From the NCBI GenBank assembly GCA_965223325.1, contig CBDCWI010000001.1, positions 128,001 to 192,000 of the forward strand: a stretch of 64,000 nucleotides of DNA, given 5' to 3'. Below are positions 51,640 through 62,082 of this stretch, piece by piece. The position numbers and the translations under genes are program-made. The DNA is from Candidatus Multivoradales bacterium (GTDB lineage Bacteria > Acidobacteriota > Thermoanaerobaculia > Multivoradales > Multivoraceae). The notes under the pieces are model-generated. The model searched no databases and was not told the origin of the DNA. It saw nothing but the letters and a program-made list of their open reading frames with translations. Within the stretch, counting starts at the first letter, position 1. The number at the start of each line of letters is the position of its first letter.

Positions 51640-54038
51640 ACGGCGCGGAAACGGTCGCGTTGTTTGTTGAAATCGAAGCCCGGGTACTCCACCCGCTTGT
51701 GGTAGATCGACTCGAGCACCCGGCAGAACCCGGCCTTGACGCGCGCCAGGTCATGCAGGGTGAGATCGCAGTCATCGAACTGGTGGTCGGCCAGACAGTC
51801 CTCGAGAATCTCGTCGATCAGGGCCTTGATTCGGGCCGGATTCGGGTCGCGCAGCACGCGGCTCGCCGCTTCGACACCGTCGGCAAACATCAACACCCCC
51901 ATCTCGCGCGACTGAGGTTTTGGGCCCGGATAACGAAAGTCTGATTCGACGACTCCGCCACCGTCGTCGCCCTGCTGTTCGAGTGCGCGCTTGTAGAAGA
52001 AGTTCAGCTTGCGAGTGCCGTGGTGTTCTCGCACCGCGTCGATGATCGGTTCGGGAAGACGGTACTCCTGAGCCAGGTCGGCACCTTCTTTGACGTGATT
52101 GATGACGATTAGCGAACTCATCGACGGCGTGAGCTTGTCGTGCGGGTTCTCGCGTCCCTGGTTCTCGACGAAGTACTGGGCGCGCAGCATCTTGCCGATG
52201 TCGTGGTAGAGGCCCGCCGTATAGGCGAGCGCCGAGTTGGCCGAGATCTCGTCACACCCGACCTTGGCGAGGTTGGCGACCATCAGAGAATGCTGGAAGG
52301 TACCGGGGGCTTCGAAGGCCAACCGCCGGAGGAGAGGCAGGTTGGTGTCGGAGAGCTCGACCAGCCGAATGTCGGTTGTCACCGCCAGAACGTTCTCGAG
52401 GATCGGTAGCAGGAAGCTGGCCACCGCGGCCACCAGAATGCCGCCGATGAAGCCGCATAGAGCAGCAAACGCAACCCCGGCCACGGTCACTTCTTCGGGC
52501 GGGTCGAGAGCCTGCAGCATGCCGATCGCGCCGATGTTCGCCAGGCCGACCATCAAGCCTGCCCGGGTCACAGCCGAACGTTCCTTCAGGCGATCAAGCG
52601 AGAAGATGGCAGCCAGCGACCCGATGAGCATGAAGCAAGTCGGCCACCACGCATCGGCACCGACCATGCGCCCGGCCACCAGCGAGAAGCCGATCGCCGT
52701 CACCAGCGCCAGGCCGCGCCCGTAGAACAACGACACCATCAAGGCCAACGCAGCGAAGGGAATCCCAAAGAGATAGCTCAGCTGGTCGTCAAACGGCGCA
52801 GTCTCGAAGGCTGCACCGAGGGCTTGCGCAATGACGGTCGCAATGGTCACCGAAACCATCGCGCCGATCAGCAACAAGACGAGCCCGCCAAACGTCGAAG
52901 CACCGACCCGCCGACGTGAGCGCTCGAACGAGATCCCGAGATGCAGGAGACCGACCAACCCCAACAGCAGGAGCAGATTGCCAACCAGCGACGCGACCCA
53001 GGCAAAACGCGGCCGGTTCCCGCCGAGCTCTTCGATCGCCGCCACCGTCGCGACGTCGACTTCGTCACCCTTGCGCACCAGAACCTGACCTTCGCGAATC
53101 TGCTTGAAGACTTGCTCCGCCGACTCGGCGGCCTGATCGCGGCGCGCGGCTGTTTCGGTGCGGTTCAAGTAGACATTTGGCTGCAGGTTGGCGAGCAGGA
53201 GCCGTTCGAGCACCGCTCGTTCGGCCGCTGGAAAGCCGCTCCAACGCCGCATCTCGCCCTTGAGCCAGTTGCTCGCCTCTTCGCCGGCACCGACATAGCC
53301 GTAGAGGTCGAGCCGTACCCGTTCGCCCTCTGATTGCCGGTCCCTGAGGGTGATGCCGTGCAGGCGGTTCTCGAGCAGCGAGCGCTTGTCGTCGACCACG
53401 CCGATGCGCAGCAGCGAACCGTAAAGTCCCCGCACGCGGTCTTCCAGTTCGAGAACGAACCGTCGATTGATCAAGAGGTCGAGCGCCTCGTCACTCAGCT
53501 CGAGCGAAGTCGAGCCGGCCAGCCGATCGCGCCCACTCGGTTCGACCGTTCCGTCCTCGTCGCCGAGGTTGAGCGAGTCGGCATCGGCTTCTTCAATGTC
53601 GTCAGGAATTGCATCGCGTTCTTCGACGTAGCGCCGGCCCGCCGCGAACAAACGTGCCCATTGTTCATCGAGCTGGCCGGAGAGAGTCGAATCGAAGTCA
53701 TAGATCGGCAGGACGTTCTGGCGGGCGGTCTCGCGCGCCCTGTCGGTCGCCTCGACGTCGAGCACGAGAACGTCACGCGACGCCAGCCAGTCGCGGGCCG
53801 CGATGTCACCCACTTCGAGAGGCGGTGCCATCAACCCCTGCTCGCGCGGCATGAGCAGGAGTGAGCCGATGACGACGAGAATCGCCGCCCATACCCATTG
53901 ACGGGAGAGAAACCGCTGCCAGACGGCCCGTGCGCCGGTCATCTCACCGCGCCGGCGGCCACGCTTCAGGTCAATCCGGGCCGAGGTGCGCAGCTCGGGC
54001 GAGGACCCGGTTGAACTCCCTGGTCTCTCGCGACTCAT
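51636..54038 (-). CDS. 7TM-HD family phosphohydrolase (PgpH-like)
   Basis: Extracellular domain, 7 TM, EAPGTFQHS, YHDIGK, EHHGT, YPGPKP and ADGVEAA. Confidence 0.9.
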   Translation of the reverse strand: MSRERPGSSTGSSPELRTSARIDLKRGRRRGEMTGARAVWQRFLSRQWVWAAILVVIGSLLLMPREQGLMAPPLEVGDIAARDWLASRDVLVLDVEATDRARETARQNVLPIYDFDSTLSGQLDEQWARLFAAGRRYVEERDAIPDDIEEADADSLNLGDEDGTVEPSGRDRLAGSTSLELSDEALDLLINRRFVLELEDRVRGLYGSLLRIGVVDDKRSLLENRLHGITLRDRQSEGERVRLDLYGYVGAGEEASNWLKGEMRRWSGFPAAERAVLERLLLANLQPNVYLNRTETAARRDQAAESAEQVFKQIREGQVLVRKGDEVDVATVAAIEELGGNRPRFAWVASLVGNLLLLLGLVGLLHLGISFERSRRRVGASTFGGLVLLLIGAMVSVTIATVIAQALGAAFETAPFDDQLSYLFGIPFAALALMVSLFYGRGLALVTAIGFSLVAGRMVGADAWWPTCFMLIGSLAAIFSLDRLKERSAVTRAGLMVGLANIGAIGMLQALDPPEEVTVAGVAFAALCGFIGGILVAAVASFLLPILENVLAVTTDIRLVELSDTNLPLLRRLAFEAPGTFQHSLMVANLAKVGCDEISANSALAYTAGLYHDIGKMLRAQYFVENQGRENPHDKLTPSMSSLIVINHVKEGADLAQEYRLPEPIIDAVREHHGTRKLNFFYKRALEQQGDDGGGVVESDFRYPGPKPQSREMGVLMFADGVEAASRVLRDPNPARIKALIDEILEDCLADHQFDDCDLTLHDLARVKAGFCRVLESIYHKRVEYPGFDFNKQRDRFRAV

Positions 54039-55096
54039 CGGGTTTCCTCCCCGCTACTCGTGGCTTCGCCTGAACGCTCTTCGTCGGCGCGCTGGTCTTC
54101 TTCCCAGAGGGCGTAGGCTGAAACGATGCGCTGCACGAGCTCGTGACGGACGACGTCACGGCCACCGAAGTGCACGAAAGCGATGCCGTCTGTGCGCGCC
54201 AGGATCGTTTGCGCCTGACGCAGTCCCGATTTGCGGCCGCTCGGCAGATCGACCTGGGTGATATCGCCGTTGACCACCGCGCGCGAGCGGAAGCCGATGC
54301 GCGTCAGGAACATCTTCATCTGCTCGGGAGTGGTGTTCTGCGCCTCGTCGAGGATGATGAAGGCGTCGTTCAGGGTACGCCCGCGCATGAACGCCAGAGG
54401 TGCCACCTCGATCACTTCGCGCTCCATCATGCGGGTTACCCGATCGAAACCGAGAATGTCGTACAAAGCGTCATAGAGCGGGCGCAGGTAGGGGTTGACC
54501 TTGTCTGCTAGATCGCCCGGTAGAAAGCCCAACTTCTCACCCGCCTCGACTGCCGGTCGGGCGAGCACGATCCGACGGACCTTCTTCTCCTGCAGCGCCG
54601 CAGCGGCCATCGCCACCGCGAGATACGTCTTGCCCGTGCCCGCGGGTCCGACCGAAATCACCAGGTCATGGTCGAGCATGGCGCGGATGTAGCGCTTCTG
54701 GTTCAGACTGCGGGGTTGCACCAGGCGCGTGGCCGCCGCCATCAGCCCGTCGTCGACAAAGAAATCGACCAGCGAGGCCTTGGGATCCTCCCGCAACACC
54801 CGGATTGCGGTCATCACCTCACTGCCCCGCACACGCTGCCCGCGTGAGATGACTTCACCCAGACCGTTGAACAGACGCCTCGCAACCGCCACATCTTCGG
54901 GATCACCCTCGAGATGAACCGCGTCACCACGCACCCCGATGCCGACCCCAAACGACTGCTCGATGCGCCGCAGGTTTTCGTCGTGAGTGCCGCATATCGT
55001 TCGCACCACGCTCTCAGGAAGCGCGACCGGTCCGCTTGCGTTCGACTCCTCGGAAGTCGCGCCGGCCGTCACCTCGATGGTTTCCGATTCCGTCAT
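54035..55096 (-). CDS. phoH: PhoH family protein
   Basis: GPAGTGKTYLA, RPAVEAGEKLGFLPG, LAFMRGRT and DEAQN. Confidence 0.93.
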   Translation of the reverse strand: MTESETIEVTAGATSEESNASGPVALPESVVRTICGTHDENLRRIEQSFGVGIGVRGDAVHLEGDPEDVAVARRLFNGLGEVISRGQRVRGSEVMTAIRVLREDPKASLVDFFVDDGLMAAATRLVQPRSLNQKRYIRAMLDHDLVISVGPAGTGKTYLAVAMAAAALQEKKVRRIVLARPAVEAGEKLGFLPGDLADKVNPYLRPLYDALYDILGFDRVTRMMEREVIEVAPLAFMRGRTLNDAFIILDEAQNTTPEQMKMFLTRIGFRSRAVVNGDITQVDLPSGRKSGLRQAQTILARTDGIAFVHFGGRDVVRHELVQRIVSAYALWEEDQRADEERSGEATSSGEETR

Positions 55097-55959
55097 TCGT
55101 AGGAGTAGAACCCGCGACCGGACTTGCGGCCGAAGCGTCCGGCCTGAACCATCTGCTTGAGCATCGGGGGCGGCGCCATGCGGCGTTCGCGAAACTCGTC
55201 GAACATGATGTTGGCGATCGAGTAGATCGTGTCGAGGCCGATGAAGTCCATCAGCTGGAACGGGCCCATCGGGTGACCACAACCCAGCTTCATCCCGGCA
55301 TCGATGTCCTCGATCGTAGCGACGCCGTTCTCGTGCGCGCGAATGGCGTCGAGCAGGTAAGGCACCAGGAGCCGGTTGACGATGAACCCGGAACGGTCGC
55401 TGGCGCGCACGGGGCGCTTGCCGAGCTTGTCGACGAAAGCCGTCACTTCGGCGACCGGCGCGTCGTGGGTGAGCATGGTGGTCACCACTTCGACGAGCTT
55501 CATCACCGGAACCGGGTTGAAGAAGTGAAGCCCCAGAAAGCGCCCCGGCCGATCGCTCGCCGCGGCCATCTGGGTCAGAGTCAGAGACGACGTGTTGCTG
55601 GCGAAGATCGCGTTCTCCAGGGCTACATCAGCGAGATCACGAAACAGGTTCTGCTTGGCGTCGAGGTTCTCGACGATCGCCTCGATCACCAGATCGCACT
55701 CTGCCAGGCACTCTAGGTCGACGCCACCGGAGAGCCGATCGAGGGCAGCGTCGCGCTCGCCCGCTTCCAGCTTGCCGCGCTCAACCCCGCGATCGAGGGA
55801 ACCAGTCAGTGCCGTCATGCCGCGATCGAGAAGCTCCTGGCTCACCTCGCGCACGACGGTCGGAATGCCGGCACGGATCGCCACCTCGGCAATGCCTCGC
55901 CCCATCTGCCCACAGCCCACGACACCCAGTCGTTCGATCGCCAAATCGTCTACCCCCAA
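55093..55959 (-). CDS. hbd: 3-hydroxybutyryl-CoA dehydrogenase
   Basis: GCGQMG, EAIVE, SNTSS, GLHFFNP and HPMGPF; start approximate. Confidence 0.88.
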   Translation of the reverse strand: MGVDDLAIERLGVVGCGQMGRGIAEVAIRAGIPTVVREVSQELLDRGMTALTGSLDRGVERGKLEAGERDAALDRLSGGVDLECLAECDLVIEAIVENLDAKQNLFRDLADVALENAIFASNTSSLTLTQMAAASDRPGRFLGLHFFNPVPVMKLVEVVTTMLTHDAPVAEVTAFVDKLGKRPVRASDRSGFIVNRLLVPYLLDAIRAHENGVATIEDIDAGMKLGCGHPMGPFQLMDFIGLDTIYSIANIMFDEFRERRMAPPPMLKQMVQAGRFGRKSGRGFYSYE

Positions 55960-56050
55960 GATTCCCCAGAAAAGTTCCCACCGGAGCCGACCTCGCCCGG
56001 ACCCGGCGCGGGACCTCCGAGGTGCGGGCAACTCTATCGCCTCCTTGTGC

Positions 56051-56590
56051 TCAGCAGGAGCCAGGGAAAGCCGCCAGAGGGTCAGAGGTCCATTCGAGGC
56101 GCCGTGCGGTGGCCGAAAGCGCAAGAACCCGCACCAGCAACCAGGGCCTCTCTTCGTCCCGCGTCACGCTGGCCCGCAGCCAGTCGGGCAGTCGCTCGGC
56201 CCACTCGATGGCCTTGATCCCGGGCCCCTGGAGAACTTCGTCGAGCCCGATCTCACCGGCCTCCGAGGCGTCGAGGCGGTAGAGATCGATATGCACCAGG
56301 GTGGGCTCGCCGTTCGTCGCACCACCCGGGTTGCCATGCTCGTGGACGAGAGTGAAGGTGGGTGACACAACCGTGGTGGGGTCGATTCCAAGTGCTGCCG
56401 CAAGACCCTGCACCAGGACGGTCTTGCCGGCTCCCATTTCGCCCTCGAGCAGCAGAACGCCATCGGGCGCCAGTGGCAGGGCGAGGCCCCTGCCGGTTGC
56501 GAAGGTCTCCTCAGCGCTGTCCAGCTCGAGGAAGGCGGCGCGCTCGCCCAGCCACTCGGCGACCCGGGCCGAGCCGGCACCGTCACTCAA
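56051..56590 (-). CDS. tsaE: tRNA t6A biosynthesis ATPase TsaE
   Basis: GEMGAGKT, SPTFTL, HIDLYRL and IEW. Confidence 0.93.
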   Translation of the reverse strand: MSDGAGSARVAEWLGERAAFLELDSAEETFATGRGLALPLAPDGVLLLEGEMGAGKTVLVQGLAAALGIDPTTVVSPTFTLVHEHGNPGGATNGEPTLVHIDLYRLDASEAGEIGLDEVLQGPGIKAIEWAERLPDWLRASVTRDEERPWLLVRVLALSATARRLEWTSDPLAAFPGSC

Positions 56591-58220
56591 GGCCGAGTGC
56601 CTCGAGCTCCAGAAACGCCGCGGGCAGCGATTCGATCAAGTCTCCCGGCAGCAAGCTGGCCTCGCCTTGCACCACCGCTGCGAGGTCGCCAGCCAGGCCA
56701 TGCACAAAGGCTCCGCAACACGCCGCCTCGAAGGGACGCTGCCCCTGGGCGAGGAGCGCCCCCACGATCCCGGCCAGAGCGTCTCCCGATCCGCCGGTCG
56801 CCATGCCCGGGTTACCGGTAGGGTTGATCGCGACCCGGCCATCCGGGCGGGCGATCAGAGTGCGATGGCCTTTGAGCACCACGACCTGCCCGGTCTCGCG
56901 TGCCGCCCACACCGCAAAGCGCAGTCGATCGGCCTGAACCTCATGGTTGCTTGCACCCAGGAGTCGCCCGAGCTCACCGGGATGCGGAAGTAGCACCATC
57001 GACTCCGGTGTGCGCTCTGCCAAGAGAGCCGCCTCACCCTCGAAGGCGTTCAGGCCATCGGCATCGAGCACCAGCGGCGCGCGCGAACGCAGCACGAACT
57101 CGCGGGCCAGGCTGCGCACGCAGGCGCGACTGCCCAACCCCGGGCCGAGCACCACGGCCGCTCGCCGCGTTGCGGCGTCGAGAAGCGAATCGAGCGCCGC
57201 CCCGCATAGAAACCCCTGCTCTTCGGAGCAGGCGAGAGTCATCGATTCCGGCGAAGCGAGTTCGAGGACAAGCGACGCCGATTCGGGAACCGCCGCGGTG
57301 ACCAGGCCGGCGCCGGAGCGTAGCGCCCCGCGCACCGCCAGCACTGCTGCGCCGCTGGTGCCGGCTCCGCCAGCGATCACAAGGAGGTGGCCACGAGTTC
57401 CCTTGTGGTCCTGGGAAGCGCGCCGCGGCAACCAGTCGGCGATTTGATGCGCGCCGAGAAGCACGAGCTCCTCGCCCGCCGTTTCGGCGACCCGCAGGGG
57501 CAACCCGAGACCGACCAGGTCCACCTCCCCGCAGGCGCTCTCTGCTGGCGGCAGAACGTGGGCATGGCGGAGGGCGGCGAACGCAACCGTCACGTCGGCC
57601 TGTACCACCGGGCCGTCCGGCGCCTGCGCGCTGCCCGCGAGCCCGCTCGGCAGATCGACGGACAGGCGCACGACAGACGCCTCATTCATCGCTTCGACGA
57701 GCGCCGCCCACGGGCCCTGGAGCGGCCGATCGAGTCCGTTGCCGAACAGGGCGTCGACCAAGACCTCCGGTGCAGCGCCAGCTCGGTTGCCGTCGACCAG
57801 CCACTGGCTGAAGCCTGCCGCGATCTCTGCCGGCTCATCTTCTTCGGCGACGTCCCACTCCTCGGTTTCGATGCCCAGCGCGAGGACGACCGCGAGCTGG
57901 CGCGCCACTTCGCCTGCCAGCCGGCCTCCCGGTCGAGCAAGAAGCACGCGGACCGGACCCTCATCTGAGGCCAAGAGCCTGGCGGTCGCCAACCCATCGG
58001 CACCGTTGTTCCCCGGGCCGGCCACCACCGACACCCGCGCCGTCGGCCAACGCCGCCTGAGACTCTGTACGACGCCCCGGGCAGCGTTCTCCATCAGCAC
58101 TGCAGCGGGCATTCCGAGCTCTTCGATCATTTGGCGATCGAGCTCGGCCATCGCCTCGGCAGTCAGCACTGGCCCGGCGGGTAGCCGGGCTTTCCTCCGC
58201 GTCATGGGATCCTCCCCCAT
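56583..58220 (-). CDS. nnr: Bifunctional NAD(P)HX epimerase/dehydratase
   Basis: LMENAA, GPGNNGADG, VDLPSG, HKG, GPGLG, DADGLN, PHPGE and GGSGD. Confidence 0.92.
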   Translation of the reverse strand: MGEDPMTRRKARLPAGPVLTAEAMAELDRQMIEELGMPAAVLMENAARGVVQSLRRRWPTARVSVVAGPGNNGADGLATARLLASDEGPVRVLLARPGGRLAGEVARQLAVVLALGIETEEWDVAEEDEPAEIAAGFSQWLVDGNRAGAAPEVLVDALFGNGLDRPLQGPWAALVEAMNEASVVRLSVDLPSGLAGSAQAPDGPVVQADVTVAFAALRHAHVLPPAESACGEVDLVGLGLPLRVAETAGEELVLLGAHQIADWLPRRASQDHKGTRGHLLVIAGGAGTSGAAVLAVRGALRSGAGLVTAAVPESASLVLELASPESMTLACSEEQGFLCGAALDSLLDAATRRAAVVLGPGLGSRACVRSLAREFVLRSRAPLVLDADGLNAFEGEAALLAERTPESMVLLPHPGELGRLLGASNHEVQADRLRFAVWAARETGQVVVLKGHRTLIARPDGRVAINPTGNPGMATGGSGDALAGIVGALLAQGQRPFEAACCGAFVHGLAGDLAAVVQGEASLLPGDLIESLPAAFLELEALGLE

Positions 58221-58921
58221 CGCTTCAGGACCTTTCGGGTCGCCTCACAAACGAGGCCAGGGTCGTGCGTCAACGTCTCACACAAGCGCTCGAGATCGGC
58301 CGGCTCGTCGACGTCGCCGAGCGGTGCCAACAGGCGTGAGCAAAGACCCGCGCCCTCGAAGACCGTTCTGAGAGAGGCCAGGGTTCTTGCGCTCGACCAG
58401 GGAATGCCCCGAAAGAGTTCCGGCGCCAGGTCCTCTGCAGCCAGCGCCACGAGATAGAAGCCACCGTCGTCGGCCGGGCCGAAGACCGCATCGACACCTC
58501 GAGCGCCAAGCATCTCGAAAGCCTCGTCGATTCTCTCGCTTGCGAGGGTCGGGTGATCACTGCCGACGGCGGCCACCAACGGGTGCTTCTGGCCCACCGA
58601 AGAGAGAGCATGAAACAAGCGCTCGCCCAGACCTCTACCGGTCTGCTCGAGGGTTGGCGCATCAAAGAGCGGCCTGGGCAGCAGTTCGACGGGCGGCGGC
58701 TGGCGCACTCCGTCATTGGCATCGAGTGCCCAGGCGACCCAGACAGCGGCCGCCGACCGATCGAGCGCCACTCCGGTGTCGAAGACAAACGCCGCGTGTA
58801 GCTCGGCAGCCTGCTGCGCTGTCAGTGAGCCCACAGCCGGACGGGTCAACCGGGTCTTGACCCTTCCGGGGATGGCCGGCTTGGTCATCAGCACCACGGC
58901 CGGGGGCGTCATGGCGCCCAT
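58202..58921 (-). CDS. DUF2064 family glycosyltransferase-like protein
   Basis: KPAIPGRVKTRL, LGERL, GSDHP, GPADDGGFYL and DVDEPADL. Confidence 0.85.
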   Translation of the reverse strand: MGAMTPPAVVLMTKPAIPGRVKTRLTRPAVGSLTAQQAAELHAAFVFDTGVALDRSAAAVWVAWALDANDGVRQPPPVELLPRPLFDAPTLEQTGRGLGERLFHALSSVGQKHPLVAAVGSDHPTLASERIDEAFEMLGARGVDAVFGPADDGGFYLVALAAEDLAPELFRGIPWSSARTLASLRTVFEGAGLCSRLLAPLGDVDEPADLERLCETLTHDPGLVCEATRKVLKRWGRIP

Positions 58922-59158
58922 CTCGTCCTACCGGTCGGTCGAACGCCGGATCGCAAAAAGGACGTACCATGGTCGGGCTCTATCGAATCCAATCCAGGAG
59001 AGACGCCCCTCGCGGGCCTCTCGATCGACGGCGACGGTTGGGTGGGCGGGCCGGGGATCAGGTCGCTGCCACCATCGGAGGTCCAACGTGGCGCAAACGC
59101 TCCAGGCGCTCGAACTGCGAGCGCCACATTCGGCACCAGTCCACGAAAAGAGGCCTCC

Positions 59159-59365
59159 ATGACCCGCTGGGAATACAAGATCATCAACATCCGCAGCGAG
59201 AACTACCGGCTGGACCCCGCGGCCGCGCGCGCATTGAACGAACTCGGCAAGGAAGGTTGGGAACTCGTTTCGATCACCTCGGTCAATTTCAAGACCGGTG
59301 CGACCGATAACATCGCCATGGTCTTCAAGCGGCCGGCCTCAGAGGACGTAGTGGCGGCGACATAG
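59159..59365 (+). CDS. DUF4177-like small protein
   Basis: MTRWEYK...LNELGKEGWELV...FKRP. Confidence 0.8.
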   Translation: MTRWEYKIINIRSENYRLDPAAARALNELGKEGWELVSITSVNFKTGATDNIAMVFKRPASEDVVAAT

Positions 59366-59374
59366 GCGCTGACC

Positions 59375-59611
59375 TCAGGCAGCGGGCGGGTTGGAATCGT
59401 CATCGACGGGCCGGACCTCTTGTGCTCGACGAGCCGCCCACGAGAGCCCCACCGCAAGGCCGATGGCCAGGCCGACCAGCGGCAACATGACGCCGACACC
59501 CGGGGTCCAGCCGAGCTGACCCCCGACAGTCTGACGAACGGCTTCGAGCTGGTTCGAGACGCCACGACGAGCTTCCTCCAACTCGGCTCCAGATGCGGGT
59601 AGGTCACTCAC
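59375..59611 (-). CDS. Small membrane hypothetical protein
   Basis: Helical N-terminus plus one TM; GTGA overlap with the upstream gene. Confidence 0.5.
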   Translation of the reverse strand: MSDLPASGAELEEARRGVSNQLEAVRQTVGGQLGWTPGVGVMLPLVGLAIGLAVGLSWAARRAQEVRPVDDDSNPPAA

Positions 59612-60183
59612 CAGCTCTGATCCGGAATGTCGTCGAAGTCTCGTCGACCCGAGTCGCCGCCTTCGGAGTCTCCTCGTCCAGGGGGCTGCCGACCGGACCT
59701 CCACGCAATGCGTTCGGGTTCACCCTCTGTGCCGTCTTCGTCCGCCGCTCCACGTTCGGGCTGCGCCCTGCGCCGCTCGCGCGCGCGGCCATCTCCGAGC
59801 GCGGCGCCTTCGAACTCACCGCGCCAGAACGACAAGTGCTCGTCAACCCGCCGTTTGACGGTCGTCCCAGGGGGCTCGATCTTCGCCATGCGTTGCCGGG
59901 CGGCCCACCAGGCGATGCCACCGGCGGCCAGAAGAACGGCACCGACAGCCAAGCCCGCTGCCCAGTCCGGGATGACCCGCGAAAGGCCGGCGATGGCGCT
60001 GAAGACCAGCGCGCCGGCGCCGAGGAACAAGAGCCCTCCAGCCACTCCAAAGCGGACGCTGGCCCGCTTCGCTTCGCTTTGACTGTTGCGCAGCTCATGC
60101 TGCAGCTCTTGCCACTCGGCGTCCAGCAGGCGAACCACCGCGGCGCCGACCGAAGCAGCGTGATGTTTGACGAAACCCAACAT
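59608..60183 (-). CDS. Phage-holin-like (YqjE-type) two-TM membrane protein
   Basis: AE...EL N-terminus, two TM helices, P..T motif and charged tail. Confidence 0.6.
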   Translation of the reverse strand: MLGFVKHHAASVGAAVVRLLDAEWQELQHELRNSQSEAKRASVRFGVAGGLLFLGAGALVFSAIAGLSRVIPDWAAGLAVGAVLLAAGGIAWWAARQRMAKIEPPGTTVKRRVDEHLSFWRGEFEGAALGDGRARERRRAQPERGAADEDGTEGEPERIAWRSGRQPPGRGDSEGGDSGRRDFDDIPDQSW

Positions 60184-60231
60184 CCTCTGAGTCTACCGAT
60201 CCCTCAGATGTGTCGCCGGAGAGGGACGCCG

Positions 60232-62082
60232 CTAGCCGCCGCCGCGCGCGACGCCGGAGCCGATTCGCAAGGTCCGCGACACGAACGATGTCACTCCGGC
60301 AAGCTCGTCGCGCACCCCCACTGAGAGCTTCTGATCACCCGGCGCCATCCGCAGCGGCAAGGTCCAGGTGTAGAAGAGCTTCTGGGCACGCTCGAGATCG
60401 TCGGCCGGGATCGGAAACTCAATGCGCTCCTGAGAGACCGGCGAGAGATCTCCATTGCTGTCTTGAGCCTGCACCCAGGCGCGCAGTCTGGCCTCGTGCA
60501 CTTCGCCCAGGGGATACAGGGTGACCTTCCCGATCGGGATACGCACGTCGACGTGCACGACGTAGGTGCCATTGGCGCTGGGAATCGATTCCTTGGGCAC
60601 CAGCTGGATGCCCAGGTCGTTCTTCTGGAAGCCAAAGCGCAGACCAGCGAGGGTGCTGTCTGCCATTTCGACCTCGATCGGCTTGTCGCGATAGTTGTCC
60701 TTACAGCGCACCCGCACCCGTTTCATCTTGACCTTGCACTGGATGTTGTAGGTGCGGCCACTCCCTGCGTGCGAGGGCTGGAAACCGAGCGAGTAGTAGT
60801 TGCCGAAGTCGTTGGCGATCTTCTCGAAGCCACCACTGAAGTTGTTGGTGTTGGTGATCGCCTGACCACCGGTCTCGTCGGCCATGTAGTGCAGGGTGCT
60901 CTGCATGTTGCTGGTGGCGATCGAGTCGATATTGGTCGAAAACTCGGTGTACCCGGTTTCGGCGCCACGCAGGCTCGAGCTCCGCAGGCCAGCAGCGTCG
61001 ATGGTGTAGAAGGCCACGTTGTTGGCGTTGGCTGCGCGGGTCAGCTCCCGGAACCGGCGGCTCAGGTCGTACTGCAGTGAATCGAGAACGTTGACGCCCT
61101 GGCCGCCCGTGATGCTGGTGTCACCGCGCAGCTTCTCATCGGCGGCGTGGAACATCTCCTCGGCGGCGCGCATCGGCAACCCGTCGCTCACGTAGAGCAT
61201 CGCCTTGCGACCTGGAATGCCACCCAGGTCGTTGACCATGCTGCGCATGCCGTCGAGGGTGAACTGCATGTCGTTGTAGACGTTCTCTGCAAACATGCGC
61301 ACCCGCCCCATGACCAGGCCCTCTGAGCGCGCTTCCTCGAGATCGCGCAAGAGATCACGGCGCTCGGAGTCGTACTGCGAACGCCCCCCGGTGTGGGTCT
61401 CGATCTCATGCAGAGCGCGGGTGATCACGGCGTGGTCGCTGGTGAAGGTGCGCACGATCTTGGGGTCGCCGCGGTTGTAGGTCACCAGCATCACACGATC
61501 GGAGCGTTGCACGTTGCTGCGCAGAAACTCGCGTAGGAAGCGGAATACACGGTTGCGGTTGAAAGGCCGGATGTTGAAGTGGTCGACGTAGATCACCAGG
61601 TGCAACCGCTGATCTGCCGGCACATCGTCGAACCCGCCCCGCCGGGCGATGTCTGGGTGCGAGGAGAGGACGTCGCCACTCGACGCGCCCGGTTCGACCT
61701 TCTCACCATCCTCGTTGAAGCGATCACCGTCGCGCACCTCGTAGAAGTTGGTGATCGTTACCGGTCGGCGGTCTTCGATGAGCTCGAAGTCGTCGATTGA
61801 CAGCCCAGTGATCGGCTCACCTGTCTTCTTGTCGGTGACATAAACCGGAATGTTGACCACCTTGACGCGGATCTCCTCACCAAAGGTCGCACGCGGCACA
61901 TCGGAGGAGGCTGGTGCGGTGGTGGTCTGAGAACCGGCCGCCTCTTCCGTCGTCGTCGACTCGGAGCTTGATTCCTGAGCGATCAGTGTTCCGGCGTTAG
62001 CGAGGAGCGCCAGGAGGAGGACGGAGGCTCGGGCCGCGAGCGACGATGAGGTCTTCGTGGTTCCTACGGACAGTCTTTTCAC
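60232..62082 (-). CDS. Secreted VWA-domain protein (Acidobacterial VWFA-related type)
   Basis: Signal peptide; VVNIPVYVTDK, GLSIDDFEL, GRKAMLYVSDG, ADETGG and YYSLGF. Confidence 0.85.
   Translation of the reverse strand: MKRLSVGTTKTSSSLAARASVLLLALLANAGTLIAQESSSESTTTEEAAGSQTTTAPASSDVPRATFGEEIRVKVVNIPVYVTDKKTGEPITGLSIDDFELIEDRRPVTITNFYEVRDGDRFNEDGEKVEPGASSGDVLSSHPDIARRGGFDDVPADQRLHLVIYVDHFNIRPFNRNRVFRFLREFLRSNVQRSDRVMLVTYNRGDPKIVRTFTSDHAVITRALHEIETHTGGRSQYDSERRDLLRDLEEARSEGLVMGRVRMFAENVYNDMQFTLDGMRSMVNDLGGIPGRKAMLYVSDGLPMRAAEEMFHAADEKLRGDTSITGGQGVNVLDSLQYDLSRRFRELTRAANANNVAFYTIDAAGLRSSSLRGAETGYTEFSTNIDSIATSNMQSTLHYMADETGGQAITNTNNFSGGFEKIANDFGNYYSLGFQPSHAGSGRTYNIQCKVKMKRVRVRCKDNYRDKPIEVEMADSTLAGLRFGFQKNDLGIQLVPKESIPSANGTYVVHVDVRIPIGKVTLYPLGEVHEARLRAWVQAQDSNGDLSPVSQERIEFPIPADDLERAQKLFYTWTLPLRMAPGDQKLSVGVRDELAGVTSFVSRTLRIGSGVARGGG

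Noticed and set aside
59608-60183. Holin-like gene as a sign of prophage
   Set aside because: No other phage genes nearby; YqjE-like membrane proteins are common chromosomal genes
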